Positions 1 through 9,150 of a stretch of 64,000 nucleotides of DNA are shown in pieces. The notes under the pieces are model-generated. The model was not told the origin of the DNA and ran no database searches. It saw nothing but the letters and a program-made list of their open reading frames with translations. Positions within the stretch are counted from its first letter, which is position 1, and each line of letters starts with the position of its first letter. Position numbers and translations under genes: made by a program. This DNA is from a virus (Duplodnaviria; Caudoviricetes): positions 313 through 64,312 of the IMG/VR virus record IMGVR_UViG_3300030060_005272. One strand, written 5' to 3'.

Positions 1-297
1 AGTTTCACCGGAATCATTTATGTCATCTACAATCAGTAGTTGGCTACCTCTACCCAAAAGACTATCAGGTACAGGTTCTTTAGTGCATCCATCTCTAGTC
101 TGCCATACAATAGGAACATTCTTAATGTCAAGACTATGTGACAGATATACTCCTGGAACTAATCCACCTCTAGCAATAGATACAACTGTATTAGGTTGCC
201 ATTTAAGATGAGGTGTCTTTACCTCATCCATGCAAGCTATAGTTTGACTTAGCTTTTCTACATCATTACTAAATTGTTTGTATGTATAGTTTATCAT
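1..297 (-). CDS. Type I phosphoribosyltransferase (xanthine/guanine PRT-like), runs off the left edge
   Basis: Not in the ORF track. Manual translation from ATG at 297 gives MINYTYKQF...SIARGGLVPGVYLSHSL...LLIVDDINDSGET, containing the ARGG loop and the VDD..SG.T PRPP-binding motif. ATGA overlap with the upstream gene. Confidence 0.85.
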   Translation of the reverse strand, partial: MINYTYKQFSNDVEKLSQTIACMDEVKTPHLKWQPNTVVSIARGGLVPGVYLSHSLDIKNVPIVWQTRDGCTKEPVPDSLLGRGSQLLIVDDINDSGET

Positions 298-488
298 TGG
301 AAGTGTTTTAATGCGTCCAGTTTATCTTCAGCTTCTGCAAGAATAGCTATCTGAGAATCTATTGCCTCTACTAGATCTGGATGCTCACCTATACCTGTAG
401 GGTTAGATAGATACACTTCAATGTTAGCTTTAGCAGCAGCCATTTCAGCTTGATACTTAGCTTTTAATGCAATGAGAAAACTATTCAT
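294..488 (-). CDS. Small conserved hypothetical protein of marine T4-like phages
   Basis: ORF 294..515, likely start ATG at 488 (MNSFL). The ANIEVYLSNPTGIGEHPD motif is recalled from T4-like cyanophage hypotheticals. Confidence 0.6.
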   Translation of the reverse strand: MNSFLIALKAKYQAEMAAAKANIEVYLSNPTGIGEHPDLVEAIDSQIAILAEAEDKLDALKHFQ

Positions 489-954
489 CAAACTCTCCAT
501 CTGATCTATGACCAATCCTCATAGCCATGTTGCTAGCTGTTTCTCTAACTTCTACTTTACTACACCAAACACGATCACCTTCACCATAGTCTGGTAACAT
601 AATTGTGTTGATATACTCATACAAGAAGTCTGCAATACCTTCACATCCAGTCTTTGCAACTTCAGTAATCTTAGCAAGTCCAAGCTCACCAAGTTTCAAT
701 AGATGTTCTCTATCAGGATCATCTTCTGCAACAAGTAGTGTATGATCAAACCAATCTTCTAGGTTTGCCTTGAGAGGCTTCAAGCCACCAAAGTCCATAC
801 ACCAATTGCGTGCATCCAATGTATCACACTCAAACTCAAAGTGAAATGATAATGCATATCCATGGATAAGATTGCAGTGAGAATCAGCTCTCCATTGCCT
901 ATATGCAACAGGTCCTAGATGCGTATAAGTCTTCGTACTAACATATTTTGCCAT
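481..954 (-). CDS. queD: 6-carboxy-5,6,7,8-tetrahydropterin synthase (QueD/PTPS family)
   Basis: HCNLIHGY, MDFGGLK, FDHTLL, GCE and EVRET motifs of the T-fold PTPS/QueD family; next to queE. Confidence 0.85.
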   Translation of the reverse strand: MAKYVSTKTYTHLGPVAYRQWRADSHCNLIHGYALSFHFEFECDTLDARNWCMDFGGLKPLKANLEDWFDHTLLVAEDDPDREHLLKLGELGLAKITEVAKTGCEGIADFLYEYINTIMLPDYGEGDRVWCSKVEVRETASNMAMRIGHRSDGEFDE

Positions 955-963
955 TGTTATCCC

Positions 964-1554
964 CTAACTATAAAAGTCATGTATTCCAGAAGTTCTATCA
1001 CGCCAAACCTTTTGATAATCATCTTCTTGTATCTTCAGATTACCACTTATTGATATACGAACATCCTCAGACGTGTTTGGAGTTGTATAATGATTCAGCC
1101 ATGATGGAAAGATAACAAGATGACCAACCCGTGGAGTGATCTCATGGTTGTCCATTTTCATATGACTAACCATTTGGAACCTTAGTCTACCACCATACTT
1201 CTCAGAAGGCAACAGTGGATAGTAAACCCAAGACAAGAATAAATTCTTTGTGTCTCTTTCGTTACGGTGACTATGAATCATAGTAGATTGATTCTCTACT
1301 AGAATGTGTGCCCATATCTCAGCTAGATAATATCTATCATCTATATTTGAATGAACAACTGACATTACTTTTTCAGTCAACTTAGTTATCTCAGGATCAT
1401 CTGGTATCCTCGAGTCTTCATAACCAGTAGCATTAGGACTTTCGTCAATCTTTTTATGCTGCCAAGCCATACAAAGCTCACTAATCTTTCGATTGTTAAG
1501 CTCCTTACCAATTTCTGTATGTAAAATTTTGGTACATGATATTGTTTCAAACAC
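964..1554 (-). CDS. Putative 2OG-Fe(II) oxygenase (TIGR02466-like)
   Basis: HSH...LSWVYY...IFPSWLNH...RISISGN pattern typical of phage 2OG-Fe(II) oxygenases. Confidence 0.75.
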   Translation of the reverse strand: MFETISCTKILHTEIGKELNNRKISELCMAWQHKKIDESPNATGYEDSRIPDDPEITKLTEKVMSVVHSNIDDRYYLAEIWAHILVENQSTMIHSHRNERDTKNLFLSWVYYPLLPSEKYGGRLRFQMVSHMKMDNHEITPRVGHLVIFPSWLNHYTTPNTSEDVRISISGNLKIQEDDYQKVWRDRTSGIHDFYS

Positions 1555-2464
1555 CTATCAAATTCCCCCACAAGTAGCAGTGCACTCTAGCACTTACGTT
1601 ATACCCTCTCTTGAATGCCTTTTCAGCCACTTCACCAGCAGTTTCTTCTTGCTGCTCAGCAAGCGCCCCAACAGGCATAATCCAGACAGGATAATCAACA
1701 CCAACACTCCTAAGATCAGATAGAACATCTTCCATCTCCTCCCATTGTCTTTCTTCGGCTCCAAGTACAAACTTTATCTGACCATGAGGCGATAACATTC
1801 TATAGCTCTTGAGAGTGTCAGGCTTGATAGCCTTAGCTTTCTTTTCACCAGATACAGTTTCTAACTTAGGACTTATTGAGAAGAATAACTCTTGATCAAA
1901 TAAACCTCTGTTGGTAAAGAAGTTTATAAAGTCAGGAGTCAACTCTTGTGTACCATTGGTCTCAAATGTAACACTCTCAGGCACATTATATTCATCTTCC
2001 TTGAATGCTCTAAGGAGATCTGGTACAGCTTTCTGTGCATGCCTCATAAGAGGCTCGCCTCCAGTAAAGCACATATGTTGCCATACACCATTAGGATGTT
2101 TAAATCTTCCTTTTGGATTACTTGGCGATACCATCATCTTAGTAAGACGTTGTACAATTTCATCTGGGGTACCTTTACGTTGTAGGTGCTTATACTTCTT
2201 ACTCCAAGAATAAGAACTATCACAGCCTTTATTAAAGACAGGAAGGTCTTCTAAACTTTCAAACTCTTCTGTGTCTATGTTTAAGTATGGTAATTCATAC
2301 GTGTCTGGATTAGTTGGATCTTTCTGCATGAAACCATCACATTGGAGATTACATAAAAAGAATCTAAACCATGCAGTAGGAACGCCAGTATACTTTCCTT
2401 CACCTTGAATAGAATGAAAGATTTCACTATAGGCTACTTGGTAAGCTGAGCTTCGTTCTGCCAT
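1547..2464 (-). CDS. queE: 7-carboxy-7-deazaguanine synthase (radical SAM)
   Basis: SEIFHSIQGEG..TGVP..FR, CNLQC...GCDS, FTGGEPL, FETNGT, SISPKL and the C-terminal RVH.YLWG. Confidence 0.9.
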   Translation of the reverse strand: MAERSSAYQVAYSEIFHSIQGEGKYTGVPTAWFRFFLCNLQCDGFMQKDPTNPDTYELPYLNIDTEEFESLEDLPVFNKGCDSSYSWSKKYKHLQRKGTPDEIVQRLTKMMVSPSNPKGRFKHPNGVWQHMCFTGGEPLMRHAQKAVPDLLRAFKEDEYNVPESVTFETNGTQELTPDFINFFTNRGLFDQELFFSISPKLETVSGEKKAKAIKPDTLKSYRMLSPHGQIKFVLGAEERQWEEMEDVLSDLRSVGVDYPVWIMPVGALAEQQEETAGEVAEKAFKRGYNVSARVHCYLWGNLIGV

Positions 2465-3032
2465 ATTTCTTTGTCCATTTCTTCTTGGCCATTTGCAGTT
2501 TCATTTTACTTACTTTTTGTGTAAAGTCAACACCTTCTGTGTGATCATATTCATGTTGGAATACTCTTGATGAAATACCATCAAACTGTTTGGTGACAAA
2601 GTCACCATATGGATCTTGGAACCTAGCTCTCATGAATCTAGGTCTAGTTATTTTTAGACTCATACCAGGATATGATAAACATCCTTCTTCAAGTAGTATC
2701 TGTTCATCGCCAAAGTATGTTATCCTTGGATTGAATATAGCATATGCTGGTTCTCCTTCAATTACAAACATCCTCAATGGTAATCCTACTTGGTTAGCAG
2801 CAAGACCATATCCACCTAGCTTTCTCATTAGCTTAACCATTGATGCTGCTAAGTTAGGAGCATCAACTTGAGGATCATCAAAGTTAAATTTTTCTAAGTT
2901 TGTGTCATGTAGAAAGTCATGTTTTATTTCAAGGTCCATTGTTCCATCTTTATCATGGATCATTGGCTTGTAGGCATACCAAAACGGAACACCTTTATCT
3001 GATGACTCAGTATTGAATTTAAGTTCTGCCAT
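2427..3032 (-). CDS. def: Peptide deformylase
   Basis: The three PDF motifs GYGLAANQVG, EGCLS and QHEYDH. Confidence 0.92.
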   Translation of the reverse strand: MAELKFNTESSDKGVPFWYAYKPMIHDKDGTMDLEIKHDFLHDTNLEKFNFDDPQVDAPNLAASMVKLMRKLGGYGLAANQVGLPLRMFVIEGEPAYAIFNPRITYFGDEQILLEEGCLSYPGMSLKITRPRFMRARFQDPYGDFVTKQFDGISSRVFQHEYDHTEGVDFTQKVSKMKLQMAKKKWTKKYGRTKLSLPSSL

Positions 3033-3426
3033 GAGTATTTGCCACCACTCTGTTTCTTAATCCTGAAGTACTAAACTGATGCTGTCTTCTATTGTAGTAT
3101 ACTGGTACATCATCTTTTCCTGTGAACTCTTTATCTTTGTAATCCTCTCCAATGATTCTAATATCAACTGGAAGATGACGAAAAAGAGCTAGAAGCTCTT
3201 CTTCAGTTTGATATGGTATAATCTCATCAACATACTTTACTGCATCTAGTTGTATGAATCTTTCCATGTACGTTTGTACTGGTTTATTCTTACTTGGTCT
3301 GTCAACAGTTGGATCAATTTGTAATGCACATATCAAATGATCACATTGTGTCTTTGCCTCTCTTAACATTAAGATATGACCTGCGTGTAGTAAGTCAAAT
3401 GATGAAGCTGTAATTCCAGTAATCAA
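3019..3426 (-). CDS. Cytidylyltransferase (TagD/glycerol-3-phosphate CT-like)
   Basis: FDLLHAGH (HxGH), ER...L.AVKYVDE, IGEDY and STS motifs; TTG start. Confidence 0.85.
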   Translation of the reverse strand: MITGITASSFDLLHAGHILMLREAKTQCDHLICALQIDPTVDRPSKNKPVQTYMERFIQLDAVKYVDEIIPYQTEEELLALFRHLPVDIRIIGEDYKDKEFTGKDDVPVYYNRRQHQFSTSGLRNRVVANTHGRT

Positions 3427-3590
3427 TCTACCAGTTCCTCAGCTATACCAATCATCTCTGCACCCAGAAACAACATCCCTGCACCCCAAAACATACCATT
3501 CATTAATATGAAACATCCTACTATTCTCACTCCACTCTTAACCATACTCAACCAAAAGTGTGCTTTACCAGGGTCTTTACCAACTGCCAT
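3423..3590 (-). CDS. 55-aa hydrophobic, probably membrane, protein
   Basis: Below the ORF-track cutoff. MAVGKDPGKAHFWLSMVKSGVRIVGCFILMNGMFWGAGMLFLGAEMIGIAEELVD fills the gap exactly, with overlapping start and stop codons at both ends. Confidence 0.7.
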   Translation of the reverse strand: MAVGKDPGKAHFWLSMVKSGVRIVGCFILMNGMFWGAGMLFLGAEMIGIAEELVD

Positions 3591-5305
3591 TATGCTACCA
3601 TCCTACTGAAGTTTTTATGTTTTTCAAATCTTATCACGTTTGTAAATTTATCAACTAGTTGATCTGTTTTATGACTAATGATGAATACGTTAGTATCAGA
3701 TACAATGTCCATAATTATCTTCATGAACTCATCTGTACCTGTTGTATCCAGACTACTATCAAACACCTCATCCATTATCAATAGATTAGTATTTGCACTG
3801 TTTTTTAGCTTAGCAATAGCCCGCCAAGCAAATAGAAGAGATAAATCAATCCGCATCTTTTCTCCTTCACTGAAGGAGGCATAACTGAACTCATCACGAT
3901 ATCGTGACTTAATAGTCTCATTGAAGTTCTCATCCAGTTCAAACTGTACAAAGAAATCCATGGCTGCAAGATATTTATTGATGAGCTTATTTATAATTGG
4001 TATATATTGCTTAATGATACGACTCTTGATTCCTGTATCTCTCAATAGCTTTGTACCTACATCCATAACATTCTTCTTCAATATTGCATCAGATGTTTCT
4101 GTATGTAAGTTCTGTAGATTAACATCCTCTTCTGTTATCTCTGCTTCCTTAGCTTTGATTAGTTTATCATTATCAGCAACCTGTGTAACTTGTTCTTGCA
4201 GTTCATTGATTAACATTGTCTTACTGTTGATCAAAGATTGCTTATCAATAACTTGGTGCTGTAATGCATTGATCTCCATCTGTATCTTGTTGATCTCTCC
4301 AAGACGGTTTTCTTTATCTGTTATAACTTTTCTGAGTTCATCCATTCCGTTGCTGAGTTCAAGAAATGCCTCTTCTTCTTCTGCAATGCGTCCTTCTTTG
4401 AACTCTGGATTAATCTCCTGCTGACAAGTTGGACATTCATCTTTGTTATGAAAGAAGTCAATGGTGTGCCTATGACGATCTTGCTTATTGATAAGTCGGT
4501 CAAGAATCTTTTCTCCTTCTTTCTTTTCCTTAGTAACTTTATCTTCATCAGATTTACGTTGTTCAAACTCGCTTATAGTTCCTTGGATTTCTTTAACAGC
4601 AAAGTTCAAAAGATCAATGTCTTTGTTTGCAGCCTCGATAGATTTTTTCTTTCTTGCAATATCATCAGACTGTGCTTGTCTTAGATTCTCAATGTTCTCG
4701 TGGAGTAAAGATATACGAGTTTCAACCAGGCTTTTTTCATACTCAATTTTTTGGAGCTCTTCTCTGTGTCTCGATACCTTATCTTTTAGTATAGATGACA
4801 TTACAGAAAAGATACCAATGTCCAATAGGTCCTCAATAACTTCCTTCCTGTCTTTACTATTCATCTGCATGAATGGAATGAAGTTACTTGAACCAAGAAC
4901 AACTATCTGTTTGAATGACTTGTATGTTACTTTCAGGATTTGCTTTTCGAGAACTTCTTGATAGTCTCTTGCATTAGCTTCTTGATTGAGCAGCTTACCA
5001 TTTTGCCACACTTCAAAATACCTCGGCTTAAGGCCACGAGCAATACGGTATTCCTGCTTACCGATCCTGAACTCACACTCTACCTCCATGTGGTTTGTAT
5101 TGACTGAGTTAATTAGTTGTGTAGTTGCAACATTACGAAAAGCCTTACCATACAATGCATAACAAATAGCATCGATCATAGTCGACTTACCAGCTCCATT
5201 ATCCCCAATGACTAGAGTAGCTTTATTAGTGTTAAAGACTACTTCAGTCTGTGCATCCCCATAAGAAACAAAGTTCTTCCAACGCACACATTTAAACTCA
5301 ATCAT
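3590..5305 (-). CDS. gp46: Recombination endonuclease subunit, SbcC/Rad50-like ATPase
   Basis: Walker A GDNGAGKST, CPTCQQ zinc hook, FSEGEK signature, MDEVFD Walker B, ISHK. Confidence 0.95.
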   Translation of the reverse strand: MIEFKCVRWKNFVSYGDAQTEVVFNTNKATLVIGDNGAGKSTMIDAICYALYGKAFRNVATTQLINSVNTNHMEVECEFRIGKQEYRIARGLKPRYFEVWQNGKLLNQEANARDYQEVLEKQILKVTYKSFKQIVVLGSSNFIPFMQMNSKDRKEVIEDLLDIGIFSVMSSILKDKVSRHREELQKIEYEKSLVETRISLLHENIENLRQAQSDDIARKKKSIEAANKDIDLLNFAVKEIQGTISEFEQRKSDEDKVTKEKKEGEKILDRLINKQDRHRHTIDFFHNKDECPTCQQEINPEFKEGRIAEEEEAFLELSNGMDELRKVITDKENRLGEINKIQMEINALQHQVIDKQSLINSKTMLINELQEQVTQVADNDKLIKAKEAEITEEDVNLQNLHTETSDAILKKNVMDVGTKLLRDTGIKSRIIKQYIPIINKLINKYLAAMDFFVQFELDENFNETIKSRYRDEFSYASFSEGEKMRIDLSLLFAWRAIAKLKNSANTNLLIMDEVFDSSLDTTGTDEFMKIIMDIVSDTNVFIISHKTDQLVDKFTNVIRFEKHKNFSRMVA

Positions 5306-6363
5306 TCAACCGCCAAGGCTTCATTATATAGTCCATGCATAAGATTCTTCAATTCTTTCTTGTTGTGCTTTAGATCCAACCCTTCAATATACCCATCAAG
5401 TATAGTCATTGTATCCTCAGCTTCATCGATGATATCAGCATCATCATCTAAGTCAAGATTCAAATGATCATCCACAACTTGTAGATGGATTGGATTGAAA
5501 TCTTCTAACGAAGAGATCAATGTATCAAACATCACCGGATTATTCTTTTCCTTAATAATCAGTTTGATGTAAGAGTTTTCCAAGCCATTGTGTGTAATCT
5601 CATTCAGATCCTCGTATGTCATATTAGTATCATCATACCAGATCTTATTGAATAGTATACTACTATTTGGTATGAAAGTCAACTCTCTTGTATCAGTATC
5701 ATAGATATGAAATCCTTTTATGTCATCATAACATGACCATGTCATCTCATATGCTGTACCAAGATAAGTTACATTGCCAGATGTACTTCTATGATGGAAG
5801 TGTCCACTATAGACCTGGTCAAACTTCTCAAATGCTTTTGGATTACATCCTTCATAGTTAGGCATACCTCTATACATTTGAAACCCAGTAAGCTCAAGAT
5901 GTCCAAAGCAAACCTGTGCTTTAGTCTTCTCAATCATCTCCCAAGTCTTCTCTTCATTATCTTTACAGATCCATGGAACCAATAGTATATCAAGACCATC
6001 AATATTGATCTCTGCAGGTTCGCTGTACTCAATTATGTTATCATAGCCATCAAGCAATAGATTGATACTATTTACATCCAATGTATTCTTATAGGTGATA
6101 TCATGATTACCTACAATAGTATACATCTTAATGTCACGTTCATACAATGGCTGAAACAACATCTCTTTAGCTGTCTTGAGTGATGTATACGATATGAACT
6201 TTCGTCTATCAAACGTATCACCCAAGTTAACTATTTCTGTTATGTTATTCTCATCCACATAAGGAAAGAATACTTCGTCAAAGAACTTCTTCTGGAATGC
6301 TGCAACCTTTTGATTATCATTGCGAACACCAAAGTGAAGGTCTGTCAATAATGCAATTTTCAT
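5302..6363 (-). CDS. gp47: Recombination endonuclease subunit, SbcD/Mre11-like
   Basis: TDLHFG, LGDTFD, GNHD, FGHLE and SGHFH metallophosphoesterase motifs. Confidence 0.95.
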   Translation of the reverse strand: MKIALLTDLHFGVRNDNQKVAAFQKKFFDEVFFPYVDENNITEIVNLGDTFDRRKFISYTSLKTAKEMLFQPLYERDIKMYTIVGNHDITYKNTLDVNSINLLLDGYDNIIEYSEPAEINIDGLDILLVPWICKDNEEKTWEMIEKTKAQVCFGHLELTGFQMYRGMPNYEGCNPKAFEKFDQVYSGHFHHRSTSGNVTYLGTAYEMTWSCYDDIKGFHIYDTDTRELTFIPNSSILFNKIWYDDTNMTYEDLNEITHNGLENSYIKLIIKEKNNPVMFDTLISSLEDFNPIHLQVVDDHLNLDLDDDADIIDEAEDTMTILDGYIEGLDLKHNKKELKNLMHGLYNEALAVE

Positions 6364-6900
6364 CTAAAAATATTTCTCAACACCTTTGGCTTGTTTACGT
6401 TTTTCCTTTGTCTTTACTTCTTTAGCTTCAAAGTTCTTGACAAAGTCATTCATATAATCACTGCCAATTTCAACATTGTTACCTATACCCATATCATCAC
6501 CCTCAACTAGTGAGTTAAACAGCACAGACTGTTCCAATGACTTATGTTTGATGTATAGCTGCTTCTTCTCCTTTTGTATCCTTCTCAAGAATGCATAGTA
6601 AATAATTTGTGTGAAGTATGCAAAAGGATTATTAGACTTCTCTGGATCAAAGTTATGAATATAACTTACACAGTTCTCAATACCATCACTAATCATATCA
6701 TCCTTGAATGTATAGTTAGCAAAGTTTGGTTTAGTTGCTAACCTATTAGCGATCTGAAGTAAGCAACGCCCAACGTAGTTTGGTATTTGTGGTTTGATAT
6801 CTCCACTTTCTTCTGATTCATTAACAGCTTTTTTATACTCGACCATAACAGCGTACAATTGCTTGTTATCGACATAGTGTGCCTTCTTAGCCTTAGCCAT
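6364..6900 (-). CDS. gp55: Late-transcription sigma factor
   Basis: HYVDNK, PNF.NYT, DMISDGIENC and NPFAYFTQIIYYAFLRRIQKEKKQ. Confidence 0.95.
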   Translation of the reverse strand: MAKAKKAHYVDNKQLYAVMVEYKKAVNESEESGDIKPQIPNYVGRCLLQIANRLATKPNFANYTFKDDMISDGIENCVSYIHNFDPEKSNNPFAYFTQIIYYAFLRRIQKEKKQLYIKHKSLEQSVLFNSLVEGDDMGIGNNVEIGSDYMNDFVKNFEAKEVKTKEKRKQAKGVEKYF

Positions 6901-7283
6901 TAATGATAAGTAGTGTTGGCATCACCAACGCCTAGAGCTTCAACCATTCGTTTGGTTCTCTTGCGTTGCTCCGCAATATCTTCATTCTGTGCTTCCATCT
7001 CTGTGTATCCTTCTTTCAAAAATCTTTCATAATTATCAATAATGTTTTCATGTAGATCATCTGCAATTGCAATGACCTTAGACTTATGGACTGTTATCAA
7101 GTTTGTCTTGTTGAATAGTAACCAATGCGAACATTGGATCCATGTCATTCCATTTGGTGAGATAGATCTGTACATAATGACAGGATCTTCAAATAGAAGA
7201 TACTCTCCATCATCTTCAACCACTCTTGTTAGAATCTCTTCACCATTCATTAGCTTTACTAAGCCATAATACCCTGCTGGCAT
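6900..7283 (-). CDS. Conserved T4-like hypothetical protein (Sm-like, KL.NGEEI motif)
   Basis: VKLMNGEEIL N-terminus; syntenic between uvsW and gp55. Confidence 0.6.
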   Translation of the reverse strand: MPAGYYGLVKLMNGEEILTRVVEDDGEYLLFEDPVIMYRSISPNGMTWIQCSHWLLFNKTNLITVHKSKVIAIADDLHENIIDNYERFLKEGYTEMEAQNEDIAEQRKRTKRMVEALGVGDANTTYH

Positions 7284-7285
7284 AA

Positions 7286-8719
7286 CTACTCCTTTAGTGT
7301 ATACGTGTATACTTTATATGGAAATTGTTCATCATTGTACAGCTTTACTCTATCCGAGTAATGCCTGGCGGTATAGTTAACCCACTTTCCTTTGGAAAGA
7401 TTGTCGACGATGTCGTAAAGTCTAGTTCCCATATTACCTGGGTCTTTCCGCAAGCCTCTACCAATTGATTGCAATACCCGAATCTTACTTTTTGAGGGGC
7501 TAGCGAACACGATGTTATTAAGCCTGCGAATGTTAACACCAGTACTAAATGTACCATACGATGCAATGATGACTGCTCGTTCTTCTTTCTCAACAATTGC
7601 TCTAACTTCATTTCTTTCTTCTCCAGAAACGCCACCATGGATGAAGAATGTTGGTTTATCCAATTCTTGAGCCATGTCATATAACACTTTTCCATGCTTT
7701 TCAACTAGTGCATATAGCAAGAGTGTATTGCCTTTTAGCTCCTTACACAACTCAATTAGAAAGTCATTACGAGCTTTACTTGCTATAATATAGTTAACTT
7801 CATCTCTGTAAGACGCCCTAGCCATCTTTGCCTTGTTCTCACTACTATGGTCTAGGATGCATATATTTATCTTTAACTCAGCTAAATGTTTTTGTTCTAT
7901 CAACTCAGATGTGGTTACTACTTTTTCTACTGGACCAAACAATCCTTCTAACACTAACTTATGTGTCTGTGAGTCGTCTAGTGTACCTGTGAATCCAAAC
8001 TTGTATGGACAGTTAACTAGTTTAGACATTATTGTAGTCAATGACTTAGCTTTGAATAAGTGAGCCTCGTCACCAATAACAACTTGGAATTGCTCAAACC
8101 ATTTTCTTGGTAGCTTGTATATTGACTGCCACGTTGTAATAGTAATCTCTGTATCAATATCTTTACTAGCACCAGCTGTAATCATATGAATGTCATCTGT
8201 GTATCCATACTCATGAAAGTCTGATGCAAGCTGTGCAACAAGACCTGTAGTAGGTACAATGATTAACTTCTTCATAGGATAGTATCTTGCAATCATATAG
8301 ATGATCATAGACTTACCAGAAGCAGTAGGAGATACCAACATAGCTCTCTTATTTGTTATAGCATGAGCTACAGCATTCTTCTGATAGTTTCTTGGTTCCA
8401 TACTTAGTTTCAATGTCTTAGCCAAGTCATCTACATCATCAATTGTGAAAGGAGTTGTGGCAACTAATCTTTCGTCCACTATACAATTATATCCTCGCAC
8501 ACCACAAAAGTCAACAATATAATCTTTCAGTCCTGTGTATACCGTCCTTGTCACAGAATTGAACAATCTTATCTTACCATCCCATACTCTATTGCGTACA
8601 GCTGGCATGAACTTTGCACCAGGTACATCAAACGTAAAGAAGTCTGATAGCTCTTGAGCTACAGAGGAATCACATTTTACTTGGAGGTGGACGTCATCTT
8701 TGTAAACAATTTCTATCAT
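7286..8719 (-). CDS. uvsW: DNA helicase UvsW
   Basis: WDGKIRLF, SPTASGKS, DEAH, GFTGT and QSIGRGLR. Confidence 0.95.
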   Translation of the reverse strand: MIEIVYKDDVHLQVKCDSSVAQELSDFFTFDVPGAKFMPAVRNRVWDGKIRLFNSVTRTVYTGLKDYIVDFCGVRGYNCIVDERLVATTPFTIDDVDDLAKTLKLSMEPRNYQKNAVAHAITNKRAMLVSPTASGKSMIIYMIARYYPMKKLIIVPTTGLVAQLASDFHEYGYTDDIHMITAGASKDIDTEITITTWQSIYKLPRKWFEQFQVVIGDEAHLFKAKSLTTIMSKLVNCPYKFGFTGTLDDSQTHKLVLEGLFGPVEKVVTTSELIEQKHLAELKINICILDHSSENKAKMARASYRDEVNYIIASKARNDFLIELCKELKGNTLLLYALVEKHGKVLYDMAQELDKPTFFIHGGVSGEERNEVRAIVEKEERAVIIASYGTFSTGVNIRRLNNIVFASPSKSKIRVLQSIGRGLRKDPGNMGTRLYDIVDNLSKGKWVNYTARHYSDRVKLYNDEQFPYKVYTYTLKE

Positions 8720-9150
8720 AAACCTACTTTAAACTTTTCCCAATCAACAGCAGTCTTGATCTGGTATCCTCTTACATTCAATGATCTTATTATTGATTCT
8801 AAGAACTCTACCTTTTCTTTTGCATATGCTATTTTTAAGTTATGGTTTGTTATATCTTTATCAGACTCAATGTACATTGGTACGTCTGTTTTGAGAATAC
8901 GTAGAGGGTTAGGTTCCCAACCACGTTCAACAAGATCCTCTTCTGCCATTACACCAGAATAGTAATCATGTTTGTCTTTTTTGAGACTCTTATACTCCTC
9001 TTGAAGTTTAGTTAACTTCAATCTCTCTTCAGCAAAGTACCTATAGTATTTGTGATGGAGTTGAGGTATACGTATAGACTCTTCACCAAGCTCAGTTCTA
9101 TCTATCTTAGAATCTTTTGCCCAGTGATCATAATAATCATTTAAGTTCAT
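8716..9150 (-). CDS. uvsY: Recombination mediator UvsY
   Basis: DSKID..L..ES.RIPQLH.KY...RGYQIK.A.DW; synteny. Confidence 0.88.
   Translation of the reverse strand: MNLNDYYDHWAKDSKIDRTELGEESIRIPQLHHKYYRYFAEERLKLTKLQEEYKSLKKDKHDYYSGVMAEEDLVERGWEPNPLRILKTDVPMYIESDKDITNHNLKIAYAKEKVEFLESIIRSLNVRGYQIKTAVDWEKFKVGL

Noticed and set aside
20-211. Plus-strand 63-aa ORF
   Set aside because: It is antisense to the phosphoribosyltransferase, which carries clear family motifs.
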